From a virus, in the IMG/VR virus record IMGVR_UViG_3300045988_125846, positions 32,001-96,000 of that record: a stretch of DNA of 64,000 nucleotides; one strand, written 5' to 3'. Under the pieces are notes generated by a model. That model worked only from the letters and a program-made list of their open reading frames with translations, searched no databases and was not told the origin of the DNA. Position 1 is the stretch's first letter. Each line of letters starts with the position of its first letter. The translations under genes and the position numbers were made by a program. Shown here in pieces: positions 42,100-50,480 of the stretch.

Positions 42100-42270
42100 A
42101 TGCCACAAGGAAAAATCAAAGATGAAAACACAAGGGTTATGGTGCTTCTTTCTAAAGATATAAAAGAAAAGGCAGCCAGAATTGCAACAGCAGATGGACG
42201 CTCGTTATCTGGTTGGATTCGTAACCTCGTAACAAATGAAGTTAATAAGTTTGACGACACTAAGAAATAG
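42100..42270 (+). CDS. ribbon-helix-helix (CopG/Arc/Mnt-like) DNA-binding protein (56 aa)
   Basis: Own translation MPQGKIKDENTRVMVLLSKDIKEKAARIATADGRSLSGWIRNLVTNEVNKFDDTKK; SD AAAGGAG 9 nt upstream. Below the track length cutoff. Confidence 0.7.
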   Translation: MPQGKIKDENTRVMVLLSKDIKEKAARIATADGRSLSGWIRNLVTNEVNKFDDTKK

Positions 42271-42283
42271 TGTCGTTTACATA

Positions 42284-42484
42284 TTACACAAACTTTACAA
42301 GATCAAATGGTTTAACTTCCATCACATTTGCTACAAGTTCTAATACTGCCAGATCTGGAACTGCACTTCCATTTTCCCATTTACTAATTGTACTTGGTGC
42401 AATATCAGCCATTTTCGCAAGTCCTCTTACTGTTATTCTTTTTTCGGTTCTGATTTTCTTTCCAATATATTCAACCATAATCAC
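42284..42484 (-). CDS. XRE-family helix-turn-helix regulator (66 aa)
   Basis: ITVRGLAKMADIAPSTISKWENG. The start overlaps the integrase stop (ATGA). Confidence 0.7.
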   Translation of the reverse strand: MIMVEYIGKKIRTEKRITVRGLAKMADIAPSTISKWENGSAVPDLAVLELVANVMEVKPFDLVKFV

Positions 42485-43461
42485 ATCTCCATCAATTTCT
42501 CTTTCATTCCCACTGCACCATTCGCATAGTTATTAACTGTTGTATTTACACTACTATGTCCAAGCTGTTGCTGCACGAATGCAAGATTTCCATTCTGATT
42601 CATTACACTGGCATAATAATGTCTCATCATATGTGGAGTAATACCATTTCCATAATTCTCAAATATCTGTTTGATATTTCTTTCTGTTGTACGTGTACCA
42701 TTTTTATTTACGAACACAGCTTCTTTGTCTACAATATTATTCAATGTATTTCTGTACTCTAGCCATTCTTTTATAGCTTTTAAAGCAGATCCGCTAAGAT
42801 ATACCGTTCTATTTTGCATTTCTCTGTACACACCTTTACCAAGAATAGTAATATATGGCATTTCTTCTTCTAAATGCAAATCAGATAAATCCAAGCCAGC
42901 AAGTTCAGACTCTCTTATTCCAGTCCCTCTTAAGACACGAAAAATAGCAATATTTCTATTTCTTACAGGAATATCCTTTTTCCACATTATCTTTTCTTCC
43001 ATATCATTAAGCTGTTTTTCTGTTGGAAGTTTTTTAGTTAAATTGTTTCCAGATGGAATTCCTTTATATGTTACATCTTTAAAGAATCCATCTTTAATTT
43101 CGGTTCCCTTCACTCTACTCATATAATCCCAAAAACTGCTTATAATATGTTTCCTGGTTTCCAATGTAGTTGGTGACATACCATTCTGTTCTTTAGTTTT
43201 CAAATATAATGTAATATCCTCTGCCATAATATCAGTAAAATCCGATGGCTCAATATCTGAAATATTTGTTTTATCAATAAGTTTCTCTTCAATAAACCAA
43301 TTGAGCAAATCTACAATAACTCCAAGATAATTCAATGCACCTGCTTTACTCTCTATTTTAACAGTGAAATATTTTCTCATATATATAGGAAGATTTAACT
43401 CATCTAACTTCCTATTGAGTTTTTCTGCGTTTTTATTTTGAACTTCAATTTTATAACACAT
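42481..43461 (-). CDS. int: tyrosine recombinase / phage integrase family
   Basis: LRGTGIRESELAGL, HMMRHYYAS and LGHSSVNTTVNNYA (R..HxxR..Y catalytic pattern). Start trimmed to the ATG after GGGAG. Confidence 0.8.
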   Translation of the reverse strand: MCYKIEVQNKNAEKLNRKLDELNLPIYMRKYFTVKIESKAGALNYLGVIVDLLNWFIEEKLIDKTNISDIEPSDFTDIMAEDITLYLKTKEQNGMSPTTLETRKHIISSFWDYMSRVKGTEIKDGFFKDVTYKGIPSGNNLTKKLPTEKQLNDMEEKIMWKKDIPVRNRNIAIFRVLRGTGIRESELAGLDLSDLHLEEEMPYITILGKGVYREMQNRTVYLSGSALKAIKEWLEYRNTLNNIVDKEAVFVNKNGTRTTERNIKQIFENYGNGITPHMMRHYYASVMNQNGNLAFVQQQLGHSSVNTTVNNYANGAVGMKEKLMEM

Positions 43462-43466
43462 AATTA

Positions 43467-43736
43467 TCACTCCCTTGTGTAATCTGCTATCGCTTTTGCA
43501 ATAGCTTTAGCTGCTCTTTTACTTTTTAATGATTTCTGAATCGATTCTGTATTCCAAAAGACATCACTAAACTCAGCTAACTCACCACCGCAATTCCAAT
43601 TCGGAATACTAAAGAATCCTCCATTTACATATTCTCCGAAAATCACACTATAATAATTTCCATTATACTCAACACCTATATGGTGAATATTTTCAACATA
43701 AGTATCACCATTATAACTGATTTTATAATTTTCCAT
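43467..43736 (-). CDS. hypothetical protein (89 aa)
   Basis: Start trimmed to the ATG after GGAAGGTGG. Confidence 0.45.
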   Translation of the reverse strand: MENYKISYNGDTYVENIHHIGVEYNGNYYSVIFGEYVNGGFFSIPNWNCGGELAEFSDVFWNTESIQKSLKSKRAAKAIAKAIADYTRE

Positions 43737-43752
43737 ACTATATTCCACCTTC

Positions 43753-44019
43753 CTACATATTATTCTCTACTTTATCCGTATAATAACGTGATCTAATTCG
43801 TTGAGCATAATCCAACATTTCCAGATAATCGTCACACCAACGAATTTCTACGTTTTTCGTGATTTCTCCATTACAGCCTTCATTAAAACATGTTAAGTCT
43901 TTGATATGTTTCTTTTTACGCTGATTTCCATTTCTCTGTATACCACTTCCTAACTGATTAATTTTCATACAGTGAAGACATAAAAATCTTGAAGCTCTTT
44001 TTGGATTTCCCATATTCAT
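43753..44019 (-). CDS. zinc-ribbon protein (88 aa)
   Basis: CLHC ... CFNEGC. Start trimmed to the ATG after GAGGTG. Confidence 0.45.
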   Translation of the reverse strand: MNMGNPKRASRFLCLHCMKINQLGSGIQRNGNQRKKKHIKDLTCFNEGCNGEITKNVEIRWCDDYLEMLDYAQRIRSRYYTDKVENNM

Positions 44020-44042
44020 TATTATCACCTCGTTTTCTGTAT

Positions 44043-44069
44043 TAAAAAAGAAGCAGTTTATTCTGCTTC
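44043..44069 (-). terminator. rho-independent terminator
   Basis: Perfect 7-bp stem GAAGCAG/CTGCTTC with a 6-nt loop, followed by TTTTTT on the minus strand. Confidence 0.65.
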
Positions 44070-44078
44070 TACTTTCAT

Positions 44079-44345
44079 TTATTCCAAATATTTATATTTT
44101 CCAGTTTCAACCAACTTATTTATAAGTGTTTCAAGAAAATTAACACAGGATTCATATGTATTTCCTTCGAAAATAACTTCGTTAATAGCTGTATTTTTTA
44201 CATACCATTCTATCTTATTATCGGTGGAGATGACTGCCATTATCCAATAGCTGAATTGATGTTCCTCCTCTCCGTACATTCGGATTTTATCCCAAACAAT
44301 CTCCATTGTAGATAGTTTATTTTTTAACAAGTCCAAATTTATCAT
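44079..44345 (-). CDS. hypothetical protein (88 aa)
   Basis: ATG after GAGGGG. Confidence 0.5.
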   Translation of the reverse strand: MINLDLLKNKLSTMEIVWDKIRMYGEEEHQFSYWIMAVISTDNKIEWYVKNTAINEVIFEGNTYESCVNFLETLINKLVETGKYKYLE

Positions 44346-44372
44346 AATTTTCCCCTCTAAATGTCTGTTTCA

Positions 44373-44531
44373 TCAGGTTTTCAAATCATCAAATTTATGT
44401 TTTCTAGCCACAGCTCTGCATACTTCTTTAATAACATTTCTCTGTCTTTCTGTTTCTGCTTTTTTAAGCAACTCTTGTTTTACTTCCTCAATAACAGATT
44501 TTTGCGCATTATATAAGACACGTTCATTCAT
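44373..44531 (-). CDS. hypothetical small protein (52 aa)
   Basis: Own translation MNERVLYNAQKSVIEEVKQELLKKAETERQRNVIKEVCRAVARKHKFDDLKT; SD GAGAGGTG. Confidence 0.4.
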   Translation of the reverse strand: MNERVLYNAQKSVIEEVKQELLKKAETERQRNVIKEVCRAVARKHKFDDLKT

Positions 44532-44575
44532 TATTATTCACCTCTCTTATATGAAAACAATCTTTCAACAACAAA

Positions 44576-44761
44576 TTATATATTCTGTTGAGCCATTGGA
44601 CATCCAAAACATACTGCACAACCTTTTAGATCCTGTAAATGCCGCTCATTAATCCAGTTTTTATCACTTGCTTGTTCATTGGATATACACACGCCACACT
44701 CCTGCATATTTTTAACTTCGTCTTCTGCATAAAGCTTACCAGAATACTTTCCTAGCCTCAT
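44576..44761 (-). CDS. hypothetical Cys-containing protein (61 aa)
   Basis: ATG after AAAGGAG. Confidence 0.45.
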   Translation of the reverse strand: MRLGKYSGKLYAEDEVKNMQECGVCISNEQASDKNWINERHLQDLKGCAVCFGCPMAQQNI

Positions 44762-44794
44762 ATAAATTATCTCCTTTCATATGAAAGCAATTTT

Positions 44795-45172
44795 TCATTT
44801 GATTAATGTATCTACATCAATGTCTGTTTTAAAAACAACGAATGATCCTGGTCTCATTAATTCCTCAGTTTTCTTAGCGGCTTCTCCCCAATCTAATCCT
44901 TCGTAATCTCTCTTTGGAATTTCGATAAAATCAGTTTCGTAAATTTTCTTATGAGTCTTATCTATGTCAACACATCCACTACTATTCAGTTCAGGTCTTC
45001 GTATTTTTACAACATACAGATCATATTTTGTTTCGATTATAAGTATACTTGCCATTTCACATATTCTTCTATCTGGCAACCTACTTATAAGTTTGTTTTT
45101 TATATCATCCATATCTTCTTTATAAAGATGTGATTCATAAACGCAATCTATAAAACTTCCAACTATCTTCAT
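44795..45172 (-). CDS. hypothetical protein (125 aa)
   Basis: Start trimmed to the ATG after GAAAGGAG. Confidence 0.45.
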   Translation of the reverse strand: MKIVGSFIDCVYESHLYKEDMDDIKNKLISRLPDRRICEMASILIIETKYDLYVVKIRRPELNSSGCVDIDKTHKKIYETDFIEIPKRDYEGLDWGEAAKKTEELMRPGSFVVFKTDIDVDTLIK

Positions 45173-45211
45173 ATTAGTTGTCTCCTTTCGCATGAAGGCA
45201 TTTCTTTGGAT

Positions 45212-45490
45212 TTAATACCCAAATTTTTGCATTTTTTCTATATTGAATTTCCAATAAACCATTACCGATGAACCATATTTATTTATAGCATCTTGTCTTA
45301 ATCCTTCACTTGTGAAAATTAATTCAAGCTTTTTTAAATCATTAAATAACTTCTTACTCATTATAGGATAATGACTATCAAATCCTTTACGAACATTTTG
45401 TGTAACAATTTGATAACAAGCTCCATTATCTAAAATTAAATCTTTGTGATCAAGCTCAATTATATCTCTGCCAACTTTTAATTTTACCAT
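45212..45490 (-). CDS. hypothetical protein (92 aa)
   Basis: ATG after ATGGAG. Confidence 0.45.
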   Translation of the reverse strand: MVKLKVGRDIIELDHKDLILDNGACYQIVTQNVRKGFDSHYPIMSKKLFNDLKKLELIFTSEGLRQDAINKYGSSVMVYWKFNIEKMQKFGY

Positions 45491-45536
45491 TTTATTATCA
45501 TCTCCATTCTATTTTCAAAAGAAATCGTCATTTCTT

Positions 45537-45773
45537 TTAACAATAGTTATCCATTGCTGGTATGTTTTGACTTGCAACAATATGTTCATCTTTTATTTGT
45601 GGAGCTGAATCAATAAACTCACCATTGAAATTAACTAGAGCTATTGTATCACTTTCAATACAAATAATTTGTGCTTCAGGATTATATACCTGAATTCTTT
45701 TTAGAATATATTCCATTTTATCAAAGCATTTTTGCATATCACGAATGTCTTTCTCTTTAATACCATTAGTCAT
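45537..45773 (-). CDS. hypothetical protein (78 aa)
   Basis: ATG after AGAGGTG. Confidence 0.45.
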   Translation of the reverse strand: MTNGIKEKDIRDMQKCFDKMEYILKRIQVYNPEAQIICIESDTIALVNFNGEFIDSAPQIKDEHIVASQNIPAMDNYC

Positions 45774-45774
45774 T

Positions 45775-45972
45775 TTATATCACCTCTTCCAATCTTCCAA
45801 GTAAATCATTCTTTACTTCGATTATAGCATTTAACCTGCCTTTGATCTGTAAATCATATGGACTATCAGTACTTTTTAACAAATTCTCAAGTCTGTCAAT
45901 TTCTGTATTAAGCTCATTAATATATTCTCTTATCTTTTCTCTAATATCAGGATGATTCTCATACTGATACAA
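45775..45972 (-). CDS. hypothetical protein (65 aa)
   Basis: TTG start with a weak SD. Confidence 0.35.
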   Translation of the reverse strand: MYQYENHPDIREKIREYINELNTEIDRLENLLKSTDSPYDLQIKGRLNAIIEVKNDLLGRLEEVI

Positions 45973-46081
45973 CTTTTCTAATGTTTATTGCATAGACTTA
46001 TTTGCTTCAAAATCAGCCTCACCGTACATATACATTTCTGTATTTGATCCGTCTAAATTCCATTTTACCTTCTGAACTAGC

Positions 46082-46261
46082 TTACTCATTATCATCACCA
46101 TTCTTATATGATTTCAGAATGATATTTTTATCATTATCATAGAAAATTTCCATAGGCATTCCATACACATCCCTTTTACCAAATGCTTTCTCCCTAATTT
46201 CTTTTGGAATAACAATTCTACCTAAATCGTCAAAACGTCTTACAATTCCTGTTGTTATCAC
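46082..46261 (-). CDS. AbrB/MazE/SpoVT-fold DNA-binding protein (59 aa, GTG start)
   Basis: Own codon-by-codon translation (V)ITTGIVRRFDDLGRIVIPKEIREKAFGKRDVYGMPMEIFYDNDKNIILKSYKNGDDNE. Paralogous to the N-terminus of 37017-37331. Confidence 0.55.
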   Translation of the reverse strand: MITTGIVRRFDDLGRIVIPKEIREKAFGKRDVYGMPMEIFYDNDKNIILKSYKNGDDNE

Positions 46262-46311
46262 TCATATCACTACCTTTCTTTTATTTTACATTATAATATT
46301 CTCTCTTACAA

Positions 46312-46345
46312 TAAAAAATAACTGCTAGTAGAAATACTAGCAGTT
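46312..46345 (-). terminator. rho-independent terminator
   Basis: Perfect 11-bp stem AACTGCTAGTA/TACTAGCAGTT with a 4-nt loop, followed by ATTTTTTATT on the minus strand. Confidence 0.75.
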
Positions 46346-46353
46346 AATATTCA

Positions 46354-46623
46354 TCAATGTACATTTTTGATAAATTCTTCAACAAAATCATAGTCTAACA
46401 TTTGTTCATGGTTGACTGGATTCGTTTCAACTGCACATCTGTAGTGGTGACAAAATCCTTGTGTCGCACCACAATCAGGACATTTTCCTTCATCGCCTGC
46501 ATACAAATCAAATTCTTCACCAACTCGAATTCTGTTATAAACTTTTCCTTTATACTTAAATTTTGTGCAATCGCAACCATTAGATGTTCCCATATCTTTT
46601 CCACATAATTCACAAATTACCAT
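46354..46623 (-). CDS. zinc-ribbon protein (89 aa)
   Basis: CELCGK ... CDC ... CPDCG ... CHH. ATG after AAAGGAG. Confidence 0.5.
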   Translation of the reverse strand: MVICELCGKDMGTSNGCDCTKFKYKGKVYNRIRVGEEFDLYAGDEGKCPDCGATQGFCHHYRCAVETNPVNHEQMLDYDFVEEFIKNVH

Positions 46624-47029
46624 ATCTTTTTTCTCCTTTTGAATTTTATTATTATAGATTGATTTATAATATCACCCAATTTTCCAAGAAAGTTTCTATT
46701 CTGGAGTAAGGGCAAGATAATTTATTATTATCAGTTTTAACGACTATAACATCGCCTACACACTGACTATTTATAGTGTATTGTTCCATGTTTAAAACCC
46801 ATAGAATTGTTAATTCCTATAAATTTCGCTCTGAACATATAATACCTCCTGAAATAATTCTTTCATCTCTAATGTAAGCAAACATCACTATCTTCTTTAT
46901 ATTGAGGATGGTTACGATTCATACACATCTATCCAGGGCAAGCCCATGTACAATACAAACACTCTTTACATTTCATATATTACTTCTCCTACAACATTAC
47001 CAAATGAAAGTTAAATTTACTTGGTATTT

Positions 47030-47302
47030 TTATATTATATAGCCTGTAAACCCACCGCAAGTAATATCTGTTAATTCTGGATTTATTTGTGCAAAGCTAA
47101 TATTATCATCTATGCAAATATATAAATAATTTTCATCTACTGAAATGTGTTGTACTTCATATTTTCCATAGGGAATTAACGGGAATTTAATATCGTCAAC
47201 TTTTCCATATGCTAACTGAACAATTTCGTCTTTTTCTGTTGTTCCTTGAATATAAAATCTTGTATTTCCACCTGTTATTGTTAAAATATCTTTTACCGTC
47301 AT
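47030..47302 (-). CDS. hypothetical protein (90 aa)
   Basis: ATG after AGGAGG. Confidence 0.5.
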   Translation of the reverse strand: MTVKDILTITGGNTRFYIQGTTEKDEIVQLAYGKVDDIKFPLIPYGKYEVQHISVDENYLYICIDDNISFAQINPELTDITCGGFTGYII

Positions 47303-47335
47303 AATAATACCTCCTAAAACTTAGATTTCTTAGTA

Positions 47336-47524
47336 TTAAAACTGCGACCGAATTGTTATCTTTAATACACCATCTGCAATATCCCAGCTCTTAACTGTGA
47401 AATATCCATAGGAAGAAATTGCTTCCTGTACATGATTATATCTATGTGTGCTAAAATCATAACTATCGTAAATTTTAATATGATTATCTCCATTAAAATT
47501 TTCAAGAAAATCTTTAATTTTCAT
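47336..47524 (-). CDS. hypothetical protein (62 aa)
   Basis: ATG after AAAGGAG. Confidence 0.45.
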   Translation of the reverse strand: MKIKDFLENFNGDNHIKIYDSYDFSTHRYNHVQEAISSYGYFTVKSWDIADGVLKITIRSQF

Positions 47525-47573
47525 ACACTATTATTCTCCTTTCCATTCCACAAGAAAACTTGGTTTCATTGAC

Positions 47574-47831
47574 TTATTTTATATAGATACTTGGTTCACT
47601 CTTTATTAATAAACTAACTAGATTCCCAAATTTTTCATGAGCTGCATTAAGAATAAGTTCTTCCAGATCTCTTAATTCCCAATACTGTAAATTTTCTGCT
47701 AGATGATTTAATGTACAATCTGGTTTAAGTTTCCCGGATTTATATTTCCATTCATTTATATCATTGCACAAATTTAATAAACCATTTGCATCCATATGAT
47801 CTATATAATATTTCACTTCATCTCTACTCAT
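47574..47831 (-). CDS. hypothetical protein (85 aa)
   Basis: Start trimmed to the ATG after TTGGAGG. Confidence 0.45.
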   Translation of the reverse strand: MSRDEVKYYIDHMDANGLLNLCNDINEWKYKSGKLKPDCTLNHLAENLQYWELRDLEELILNAAHEKFGNLVSLLIKSEPSIYIK

Positions 47832-47859
47832 AATCAACCTCCAATTTTCCAATTGAAAA

Positions 47860-48057
47860 CTATTTAATTCCAACTTCCTTACACAATTCTAAAAACTCAT
47901 CCTGGCTAATTTGCATTTCTGGTTTAATAGTTGTCTCATAATAATGAATTGTATCTGCCGCAAGATTATAATTCTTATCAGACTTTGCAAGATCAACCAT
48001 TGATTCCAATGTAAATTTTACGATTCCTATGTATGTCTTCTTATCTATTTTATCCAT
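47860..48057 (-). CDS. hypothetical protein (65 aa)
   Basis: Start trimmed to the ATG after TTGGAG. Confidence 0.45.
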   Translation of the reverse strand: MDKIDKKTYIGIVKFTLESMVDLAKSDKNYNLAADTIHYYETTIKPEMQISQDEFLELCKEVGIK

Positions 48058-48091
48058 ATTATTCACTCCAATCTTCCAATGAATCTATTAT

Positions 48092-48283
48092 TTAAACGCC
48101 AAATACTTTCTGATTAAATCCAAATAAATTGATCCATTTATCGTGACAAAAATTAATTGTCATCCTATACCCACATTTTGTAAAATGCCTTATAATTATA
48201 CAAAATGGTTTGTTACCAGTTGTATCACCAATCTGAATATACCAATCATGATTGCCAATATGTTTCAACTTTTTAAACTTCAT
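48092..48283 (-). CDS. hypothetical protein (63 aa)
   Basis: ATG after TTGGAGG. Confidence 0.45.
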   Translation of the reverse strand: MKFKKLKHIGNHDWYIQIGDTTGNKPFCIIIRHFTKCGYRMTINFCHDKWINLFGFNQKVFGV

Positions 48284-48307
48284 AATCTACCTCCAACATT
48301 TTCTCTT

Positions 48308-48556
48308 TCATACTATATCATTCAATAGCTCAATTACTTCATCAAGTTTGTCACTTGCTTCTTCCATACTATCAATTGCATCTTCAGAACACATTCCTCT
48401 GTAACTGCTTTGTAATCCTTCTGGCATATTATCAAATGCGTCCTGTTCTTCATTAAGTATGGAAGATAACTCACTTGATATCTGTTTTAATTCAGTTTGT
48501 GTACTCTGAATCCTTGCTTTAAGTTTACCTATTTTTTCTCTTCTTTGTTTATTCAT
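48308..48556 (-). CDS. hypothetical coiled-coil protein (82 aa)
   Basis: The ATG is coupled to the upstream stop. Confidence 0.45.
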   Translation of the reverse strand: MNKQRREKIGKLKARIQSTQTELKQISSELSSILNEEQDAFDNMPEGLQSSYRGMCSEDAIDSMEEASDKLDEVIELLNDIV

Positions 48557-49185
48557 TACCTATCACCCCATAATGCATGGACTACATCATAATCACTTGG
48601 CATACATGTACATGTCAAAGCTCCAAATTTCAACTTATTAAATTCTTCTTTTGTAATTTCAATTCCCATATCGCCATCAACAGTAGTATTGTAATCAAGC
48701 TTTCCTTGACATTCTGGACGGAAATACCATACTCTATAGAACTCTTTACCAGTCTTACTATTTTTACCGCTAAACAAACAGGTAATTGTTCTGCCTGAAC
48801 TAATTTCAGTTGTAACAGTTTTTCCGAAATATGGATTGTATTGACTATATACATTTTTCCCGTATTTTAGATTTTCCTGTTTATCATGTTCACTCATTTC
48901 GAATAACTGCTGTGTACCTCTTCCGTAAGAAGTGTCATACACTTTACTGCTATTCACACCAACTGTAGAATACAACTTAACTCCATTTCTATCAGTTGTT
49001 TCAACTTTCTTTACTCTTTCTCCGTTGATGTACTCATTGCATAATCTATCTGCATAATGCACATTTCCATTTTCATCAACTGTACGAGTAATTTTCTTCA
49101 TATCATAATTATCATAAGCTGCCTTTGCAGCACTTCCTGCATAAATTCCTAAGAATGCCAATAGTCCTCCGAACATATTCATCAA
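48556..49185 (-). CDS. hypothetical protein with N-terminal hydrophobic segment (about 209 aa)
   Basis: MFGGLLAFLGIYAGSAAKAA N-terminus. Which of the three closely spaced start codons is used is uncertain. Confidence 0.5.
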   Translation of the reverse strand: MMNMFGGLLAFLGIYAGSAAKAAYDNYDMKKITRTVDENGNVHYADRLCNEYINGERVKKVETTDRNGVKLYSTVGVNSSKVYDTSYGRGTQQLFEMSEHDKQENLKYGKNVYSQYNPYFGKTVTTEISSGRTITCLFSGKNSKTGKEFYRVWYFRPECQGKLDYNTTVDGDMGIEITKEEFNKLKFGALTCTCMPSDYDVVHALWGDR

Positions 49186-49207
49186 CCACCTTCCTTATTT
49201 TATATTA

Positions 49208-49360
49208 CTATTTTCTCCACTTTTCCATTTCATCAACCGACTTCTTGTTTAAGTTATTATACATATCTTGTCTCTTACGAGATTCTTCCTTTTTGTTCGC
49301 TCTCCATGGAAGATATATACATAAGTATCCTGCAATTAAAAATCCGATTAACTGTGACAT
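49208..49360 (-). CDS. small membrane protein (50 aa)
   Basis: Own translation MSQLIGFLIAGYLCIYLPWRANKKEESRKRQDMYNNLNKKSVDEMEKWRK; SD GGAGG. Confidence 0.4.
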   Translation of the reverse strand: MSQLIGFLIAGYLCIYLPWRANKKEESRKRQDMYNNLNKKSVDEMEKWRK

Positions 49361-49410
49361 AATAATTACCTCCGTTTTTCCAACTGTTGAATATCATTAC
49401 TATAATTTTA

Positions 49411-49635
49411 TCACATGACTTTAAATTTTGCACTATATATCCAAGTATTAAAATGATCCATATTTAGTAACTTCAATACATCCTCAAAACCTTTAATGAT
49501 ATCCGTTGCAAACAAAAATCCTTTATTGTATCCTTCGTAATTATTATTAGGAATAATTATAAGATACTTTCCATTCTTATGTACTTCATGTCCTCTTTTA
49601 GACATTTCCTTTTTAAATTCTTTGTAATCAAACAT
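49411..49635 (-). CDS. hypothetical protein (74 aa)
   Basis: Start trimmed to the ATG after GGAAAGGAATGG. Confidence 0.45.
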   Translation of the reverse strand: MFDYKEFKKEMSKRGHEVHKNGKYLIIIPNNNYEGYNKGFLFATDIIKGFEDVLKLLNMDHFNTWIYSAKFKVM

Positions 49636-49655
49636 AATTTTCACCATTCCTTTCC

Positions 49656-49689
49656 AAAAAAATAAGAGATTGAATATTCCAACCTCTTA
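49656..49689 (-). terminator. rho-independent terminator
   Basis: Long imperfect hairpin TAAGAGGTTGGAATATTCAATCTCTTA followed by TTTTTTT on the minus strand. Confidence 0.6.
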
Positions 49690-49722
49690 CATATTCTCCA
49701 AGTAAATTTCCGATTCATTGAA

Positions 49723-49983
49723 TTATTTCCCTTTGTATTTTAATGGATATTTTGATAAATCCAAATATTCTGGGCAGTAAATACATGGTACATATTCTCT
49801 AAAATCATCATAATACCATGCTTTCCACAAAGTTGTACCTTTCTTTGCTAATTCCCTTGTTGCTTCCTGAAATGAATCTGCTAAATCCATATGATACACT
49901 TCCATATTTTCTCTTGTACGTTCCAAAATCTTTTTTGGTACTCGTTTTATAAAATCATTCTCATCAAATACTGTTTGGCTCAT
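49723..49983 (-). CDS. hypothetical protein (86 aa)
   Basis: Start trimmed to the ATG after ATGGAGG. Confidence 0.45.
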   Translation of the reverse strand: MSQTVFDENDFIKRVPKKILERTRENMEVYHMDLADSFQEATRELAKKGTTLWKAWYYDDFREYVPCIYCPEYLDLSKYPLKYKGK

Positions 49984-50030
49984 AATTATTTCCTCCATTT
50001 CTAAAACAAGAAATCATCCTTTCATTCGAC

Positions 50031-50201
50031 TTAGATACTATTCCATATCCAAGTCAAACATTCTTCAAATGTACCCGTATATAAGTCTTTTGCTTCTTTT
50101 GTATCATCGCCACAATCATACACTTCATATCCGTTTAGTCCTTGTGTGATAAAATACTCATCATTAACAATCCAATTTTCCATTTCTAATACAATATTCA
50201 T
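50031..50201 (-). CDS. hypothetical small protein (56 aa)
   Basis: Own translation MNIVLEMENWIVNDEYFITQGLNGYEVYDCGDDTKEAKDLYTGTFEECLTWIWNSI; SD AAGGTGG. Confidence 0.4.
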   Translation of the reverse strand: MNIVLEMENWIVNDEYFITQGLNGYEVYDCGDDTKEAKDLYTGTFEECLTWIWNSI

Positions 50202-50241
50202 GTAGCCACCTTACTTTCCAATAAATATTTTTCTATTTATT

Positions 50242-50433
50242 TCACTCATCCAGAACACCTATCATAGATGGTATCTGACACACTTTTAGTTCGCCATCAA
50301 ATAATTCTCTATGTTCTCTTGATTCAAAATATCTTTTTGCTTTATTATAAGCATCTTTTTTTGAATCTGCTTTTACTTCAATCATTCTATCGTGGAATAT
50401 TGCTATATAATTTCCATCTTTAATTCTTACCAT
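50242..50433 (-). CDS. hypothetical protein (63 aa)
   Basis: Start trimmed to the ATG after AAAGGAG. Confidence 0.45.
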   Translation of the reverse strand: MVRIKDGNYIAIFHDRMIEVKADSKKDAYNKAKRYFESREHRELFDGELKVCQIPSMIGVLDE

Positions 50434-50480
50434 AATACATCTCTCCTTTATAACAAATCCTGAGCATTGTAAATTATCTT

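Noticed and set aside
42069-42536. Track ORFs 42069-42260 (minus) and 42270-42536 (plus).
   Set aside because: They are shadows of the RHH gene and of the XRE gene respectively. The opposite-strand genes have SDs, promoters and clear family motifs.
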